Made by a program: the position numbers and the translations under genes. A DNA stretch of 64,000 nucleotides from the human T2T-CHM13v2.0 reference genome, Homo sapiens: the NCBI RefSeq assembly GCF_009914755.1, contig NC_060927.1; one strand, written 5' to 3'. Position 1 is the stretch's first letter, and every line of letters starts with the position of its first letter. The notes below the pieces were generated by a model. It was not told the origin of the DNA. It was given only the letters and a program-made list of their open reading frames with translations, and did not search any database. Positions 55,276 through 64,000 of the stretch are shown in pieces.

Positions 55276-56129
55276 TGCTTACATTTAAACATATGTATTT
55301 GAAGGTGAATGGCTTAGGAAAAGCAGAGAAGACTTTAAGCTCAGAATAATAGAGCCTGAAGTATAGCCAGAGATCTGGTTCCTAAGAATACATGTATCAT
55401 TCGGTAGTATAACTAAGCAAATAGGTTCATTTATTTTATGTTTCCACTGATCTGAAGGGGTAGTATTAAACATAGTGTTTGTGATCTGATAATGAGAGAT
55501 AACTCTGCTATTTTTATTGTCTTATCTAATTGTAACACTAGGCAAGTGGGAAGGCTCCACAGAAATTTTCATCCTGTGTTACCGTTCCATTTATACTAGG
55601 AGATTCCCATAGCCACTCGGTCACGTGTCAAAAGGGACAACACACAGGGTTATATACCAAGATTTAAGCCATCTCTCACATGTTTGGTGAGATAGGGAAA
55701 TGGGAAGTAGAGGAACTTGGATCATTACACTAAGGTTGACATTCAAGTCCATTCATTAATCTTAGACTCCTGTTGGCTCTTAGCCCTACACTCGGAGCTG
55801 AGGCACAAATCATGCAATTGAAATCATGGATTAGAAAGGCTAAAATAGAGTTAATTTACCTTGCACAGGTAACATTTAAGGGGTAGTTGGAGGTGATTAT
55901 TGGATTTATTTGGTGGAACATCACCTCTGGAGTTCCATAATATCATTTAAAGAGACTTTTGTTACTGACAGGTCTTGGGTCTGTCTTAAGAGTCAGCAGA
56001 AGCCAAGATTAACCAGAAAATGATGAGGATTTTTGGTTGCTAGAGGCTTCATCTTATGGCACTTCTAGTCTCAGAAAAGATGCTTGATGACCTATACTAT
56101 ACCTGAGCCTGTGAGAATTCCACAAACTT

Positions 56130-56790
56130 ACTGGAAACCAATAAGAAGAGCAAAACATGCACGTGGAAAAGAAAAAAAGTAATAAACATGTACATCAAAA
56201 AGTGAAAGCCTCCTTCTCTTGTTCCCATGCTCAACATAAGCACCTATGAGTTTTTGTAAAAACGTGTAATGAGAAAATTGTATTATCTAGAATATATCCT
56301 TCAAAGTTATATATATTATATACATATTTTGTTATAGATTACTGTTTTGAAAATTGTTTCACTTTGTTTTATCTTAGAAACTTTTCCATATCATTATGTA
56401 CAGATCTATATCATTTTTGTTATTTTAAAGGCAACACTGTATTATTTTGTGTAGTTATATCAACATTTATTTAACTATCCTTTTATTGCTAAATCTTTAT
56501 GTTTTTTTTTTTTATTATATTCAGTATGCCCTATCCTTGCCATACTTCTTGATTCTTTCCATAGATGCTTTGCAGTGGGATTGCTGGATCAAAATGTGTT
56601 TACTTTTTGAAAGGCTATTTGTAATTTTCTTTGAGTACCAACATACATTCCCACCAAGAGTGTATGAGGATCCCTGCTTCCCCATATCCTCTTCCACCCT
56701 GGGTACTTTAACATTTTTATATCTTGGCTGCTCTATTTAAGCAAAAACTTATGTCTCTTTGTTTTGATTTGTAACTCTTTAAAATAACTC
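56130..56790 (-). mobile_element. Old L1ME-like 3' fragment
   Basis: gtgggattgctggatcaaa..catacattcccaccaagagtgtatgagg..ttccccatatcct. Confidence 0.7.
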
Positions 56791-56853
56791 AGAGTAAAGG
56801 GTGAACACTCGGAGGACATGAAGTTTGAGAATGATGTCTGTTGTAAGCATGGT

Positions 56854-57605
<752 letters not shown>

Positions 57606-57621
57606 ATAAAGAACTGCTTCA

Positions 57622-57869
57622 TGCTGGGCGCTGTGGCTCACGCCTGTAATCCCAGCACTTTGGGAGTCTGAGGCAGGTGTATCACCTGAGGTCGGGAGTT
57701 TGAGGCCAGCCTGGCCAACATGGTAAAACCCCATCTCTACTAAAAATACAAAATTAGCTGGTGGTGGTGGTGCATGCCTGTAATCCCAGCTACTTGGGTA
57801 GATGAGCAGGAGAATCAATTGAACCCAGGAGGGAGAGGTTGCAGTGAGCCGAGAGTGCGCCACTGCACT
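57622..57869 (+). mobile_element. AluS (Sq/Sp-like), 3'-truncated, no poly-A
   Basis: Alu text ends at ..ccactgcact and is followed directly by agaactgct. Confidence 0.92.
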
Positions 57870-58969
57870 AGAACTGCTAGACTAGAGAAGAGGACTCCTC
57901 TAGGATTGGTATATAGTGCAGAGGTAGAACTTGTTGAGGGAGTGTAAGATGAGGAAGCTTGGATCCATGCAGAAGTGGCTAAAAGGAGTTGCCAGGATCA
58001 TGAGCTTCATTCCCCTCTGTTCTGCATTGCTTTCTTTGGGTGGGAGAAGCATTTTACCATTGGCCAATGGTTGACTTTATTGTTGGTCATGAAACAATTT
58101 GAGGAGTTCTGCTAAGGACTCAGTGAGTAAATGAGTACTTCTTAAAACATTTCACAGGTGATATGCACCGTTGTAAGTGACAGGAGAAATGAACTGGCTT
58201 CTTCTCACAATTCCATTATTGAACCCCATTCCCCTTCCTCCTCTTTCATGGTTAAAGATGACTTATTTGACCCAAATGTAACTGCCTTGCTTTAGACAAA
58301 AATGGAGGAAAAATCTTATTCCTTTGATGACTCATTCACTGCCTGAACTCCTGCCATCTTCAGGATAATTTTAAAAGCGTACTAATTCAAGAACAGATGG
58401 ATTAGAAATCATGAAAGTTTTGCCCCCAGGCGACAACAGAAGGCCATCTTTGAGCAAGGAGGAGGAGAATAGAGCTGGAAACAATACAGATCTTTTCTCA
58501 GCTAATCCTCACAGCTAATTTTCTAGAGATGAAATAACTTGCCCGGTGTCACTCAGTTCCATGAATTGAATGTTGCTACTATAAAGTGCATCATATCCAC
58601 TTTAAACAGTATTATGAATGGGGTTCTTATTTTCCTCCATTTTGATGGCAGATCTTAGGGTTGCCTGTCTTAGCCTTTTTCATTCTTTCTGTGTCTCTGC
58701 TTTTGATAATCTCCTTCTGGTCAATAAAATTCTTCTTGTGAGTTTATTCTGATTGCTTGGAAGAGATTGTGTGATTATTGTGTTGGGAAGGATTCTGAAG
58801 CTGAATCCAGATTAGGTGCCCAATTAGCCGCATATTGTGAAAGTGTGGACACTCACATCAGACAGATATGCCGTACAGTTTCTACCTTTGGACTGGGTCA
58901 TCTTTGAAATCCTTTACTGTCTCAGGAGTCTGTAAAATATATATTTATTTGAAAATATATCAAAAAGTG

Positions 58970-59915
<946 letters not shown>

Positions 59916-61164
59916 ATATTTTAAAAATTCTTGATTTAGAAAAATCACTAATTCAAACATTTTTACGCTAAAGGTAAAATATTTTCATAATTACATTATT
60001 TTTAGTGTCAGACAGTTTTTACTTTTGCTCCCCTCAGTTTATACCACATACAAATATCCTGAATCCCCACAGAGCATCTACACACCACTGGACTTTTTTC
60101 CTCCCCTACCTAATGAGCTTTAGGATGTGCATTCAGGCTTCTCTGAGACCTACTGTAAAAAGGGCAGGGGAGAAAGATAGTAAAAAGATAGTAAAACGAG
60201 TGCTTTGATAGCACTTTTAAAAAATTCATAACAGGTATAAAAAGAAGTGACAGCTGTTTAGTGTATACATGTGCAAAAAAAAAAAAAAAAAAGAAGATTT
60301 GTGGTGCCATAAAGGGCATCAGTCATATGTTTTGCCAAGTATGACTGCACTGCTTCTGATATAATAGCCTTAGTTCTTTCCTTGGCCTTTATCTTGTGAA
60401 TAATGGATTCAGCTGTTTATAGGTGTCAGTGCATTTGGAGGGAGGAATTGGAAGAATATGATTACCAAATTTGCACTCTCTTGACATTTCCTTGCTGTGT
60501 CAGGGGAAGCAGCTTCTTTTATCTGCCTTGTAGTTGGGATTGTTTCCCATTCCCAATGTTTTTACTTGCCAGTCTCTTTTTTCCATAGCCTGGCCAGTCT
60601 AAATCACAAATGCACATTTGATGGTATAAGCATTGCTATTATAAAGAAAATCATAACCACTTTATAAACTCACTATCATGAACATATATCTTCTTTTCTA
60701 TGCCTTATCAATTTTAACATCAGAGGAAAATTAAGGCATGTATTTCCCAAGTATAGAAATGAAATGTAATCTAAATGCAACCTCCAGGCCCATTGCACAG
60801 TACGATTTGGTAGTGTGGCTGTTACTAATCCCAGCAGGAAAGCAATTCAGATCATTTGGACTGCAGTAGCTACCCCAGAATGACAACAGTGGAAAGACAG
60901 CAAGGACTGTGAGCCTAGGCAACAACTTGTGAGAATGGGCACTTGTAATTCACATCAGCTGAAGAGGTTGTTTGTTTCCCATAAAATGGGAGTGCATTAA
61001 AAAATGAAGGCTGTTCCTGATACTCTGTATTGTATCAAGCCTAAATGTCATCTGAGTTTGCGACAGAACTTACAGTTGTGGTGTTTCAAAGGGTGGTTTC
61101 TCGGAGAAATGCATGGTAATGTATCACAATTTTAGAAATTTGCTGTTTCATACAAGTAAAATTC

Positions 61165-61487
<323 letters not shown>

Positions 61488-61678
61488 CATTTAAGTAAAT
61501 TTAACAGCTAAATGAATCAATCCCTTAGGCTGCAGTATTTTTTTTTTTAATGTTGACCATGTGAATTTGAAATATTCACATGCATATTGTAACACTTTCC
61601 TACTTTCTTAAGCAGAGCTTAGGGAATGTGATTTAACTTTTTGATAAGTTAATCATTATTACTAACATCAGCTATTGA

Positions 61679-62270
<592 letters not shown>

Positions 62271-62423
62271 TAATAAATCTATGTAATATGCTCAGAACAG
62301 TTTCTAATATTTTAGTAGGAGCTTAATATTAACTGCTATTATTATTTCTAGTATTGTTATTATGAATATAATTACTAAAATTCATGCATATATTAAAGAT
62401 GAATTAAGCAGTGGAAATAAATC

Positions 62424-63173
62424 CAGTAGTCTTTCCCCTCATCCACGAGTGATATATTTCAAGACCCCCAGTGGATGCCTGAAACCGCAAGTAGTACTGA
62501 ACCCTATAAATACTGTGTTTTTTCCTACACATACATGCCTATGATAAAGCTTAATTTATAAATGAGGTGAAGTAAGAGATTAACAGCAATAATAATAAAA
62601 TAGGAAAATGGTAATAATATGCTGTAATAAAATGTATCACAAATTGTGACTAACTTCTGCAGTTTGAAGTGCAACAGCAAAACTAACATAAATTTTTTCT
62701 CACAATTTCGTGGATAAAATACTTGTTCTTACTGTAGATCTTAGCAACCTCAGCATATAATTTTTCTTTCCTTATTAAGTAGAGAACTTTCTTTTCATTT
62801 AAAGGAAGCACTTGATAGCTTCTCTGTGGCGTATCTGAATTGTCAGCATCCCTACTTTTGCACATTGGGGACAATATTAAGTAAAATAAGGTTTACTTGA
62901 ACACAAACACTGTGATACCTTAACAGTAGATCTGATCACCGCGCTCTATTAAATGACTAATGGGTGGGTAGCATCTACAGCATGGATACACTGGACAAAG
63001 GAATGATTCATGTCTCGGGCAAGATGGCACAAGATTTCCACATACTACTCAGTCCACAACTGAAAATTATAGATTGCTTATTTCTGGAATTTTTCATTTA
63101 ACATTTTGGACGATGGTTGATCGTGGGTGACTGAAACCATGGGAAAAAAATCATGGATAAGAGGGGACTACTG
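62424..63173. mobile_element. MER44 (Tigger7-derived, MER44B/C-like) DNA transposon
   Basis: TIRs cagtagtc..atcca / tggataagaggggactactg; internal caagacccccagtggatgcctgaaaccgc; ~750 bp. Confidence 0.9.
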
Positions 63174-63553
63174 TATACTCAAATATGAAATGGCTCAGTC
63201 ATAATAGAAGTTTATGTCTCATACAGAAGAGTCCAGGTTAGGGTTGAGGTCACCAGGTAGTTATCTTTCAAAGGATGATTCAGCTATCCGGGCTTTTTCC
63301 ATCTTGGGTTTCCTCTATCACCTGGTATCTTGATGTCATCTGTATCCACCCAGAGGAAGAAGAAAGAGATAGATAAATAACGGTGGGAGGTTTTATGGAC
63401 CAGATCAGGAAGTGCCATACATCACTCGTAATCCTATTGGTTAGGACTCAGTCGCGTGGTCACATCTAACTGCCAGGAAGCCTGGGAAATGTCTAATTCA
63501 GTGTCCAGGGAAAAAAGAATGGATTTGATGGATAGATTATCAGTCTCTGCTAT
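63174..63553 (-). mobile_element. Old MLT1 (K/L-like) LTR, probably split by MER44
   Basis: agaagtttat..tctca..ggctttttccatcttg..ggaagtgccatacatcact..ctcagtcgcgtggtcacatctaactgc..ctgggaaatgt. Confidence 0.7.
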
Positions 63554-63829
63554 GGTGTTTTTGTATAGAGAGTTTGTGACACTTTTGACAATTCCAAAGC
63601 TATTTTTTCTTGATGTTTTTTACTGTCTTCAAATTGTACCACGTTTTAAAATTAAAACTAAATATGAATTAACTGCATTTTTTTATAATTAAGCTAATTT
63701 TTTTCAACTTTCCTAAAACTATCACTTGAAAATTAGTCTCATTGTGTCATAGCAGTATTTCTGTATCTCCTTATGTAAACATTCTGTGTCAGTTTCTAAG
63801 TGGGTACTCTGTATAAAATTAGCATGCAA

Positions 63830-64000
63830 ACAGTGGGCTGTAGAGCAAAGATCTCAGGCTTGGGAGTCATTCAGACCAGATTGTATCCCTGCATTGCCAC
63901 ACACCAATGATAACATCTTGGATGTGATACCTAGCCTTTTAAAGTTGCCATTTCTTAGGTAAAATGCAGATAACAATAGCTCTGAAGGTGTTACTGATGT
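63830..64000 (+). mobile_element. MIR SINE (runs off the window end)
   Basis: aggcttgggagtca..cagacc..atcttgg..gtaaaatgcagataacaatag. Confidence 0.65.

Overview
AT-rich, CpG-poor primate (human-like) genomic DNA that looks intronic or intergenic. There is no CpG island and no recognisable intact protein-coding gene, and I saw no CRISPR array, tRNA or rRNA. Much of the window is interspersed repeat: 12 Alu dimers plus one FAM-like monomer, a ~7 kb old antisense L1 (32-39 kb) with nested insertions, solo LTRs (THE1, MLT1 x4, LTR16-like, MER4-like, LTR8-like), hAT/Tigger DNA-transposon fossils (MER53, MER58A x2, MER5A x2, MER44, MER46C-like), and MIR/L2 remnants. The main signals outside the repeats are: (i) a decayed processed-pseudogene fragment of PPP2R5C, specifically the B56-gamma1 C-terminus, at ~52.0-52.3 kb, absent from the ORF track; (ii) an ungapped 149-bp, 88%-identical local duplication carrying an octamer motif (19.8/20.6 kb); (iii) a candidate TATA+Inr promoter with small exons at ~46 kb, next to a repeat-poor block rich in TALE/HOX/SOX motifs; (iv) several atypical Alu insertion structures. 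I found no convincing new biological system. Repeat subfamily calls come from remembered consensus sequences, and boundaries of old elements are approximate.
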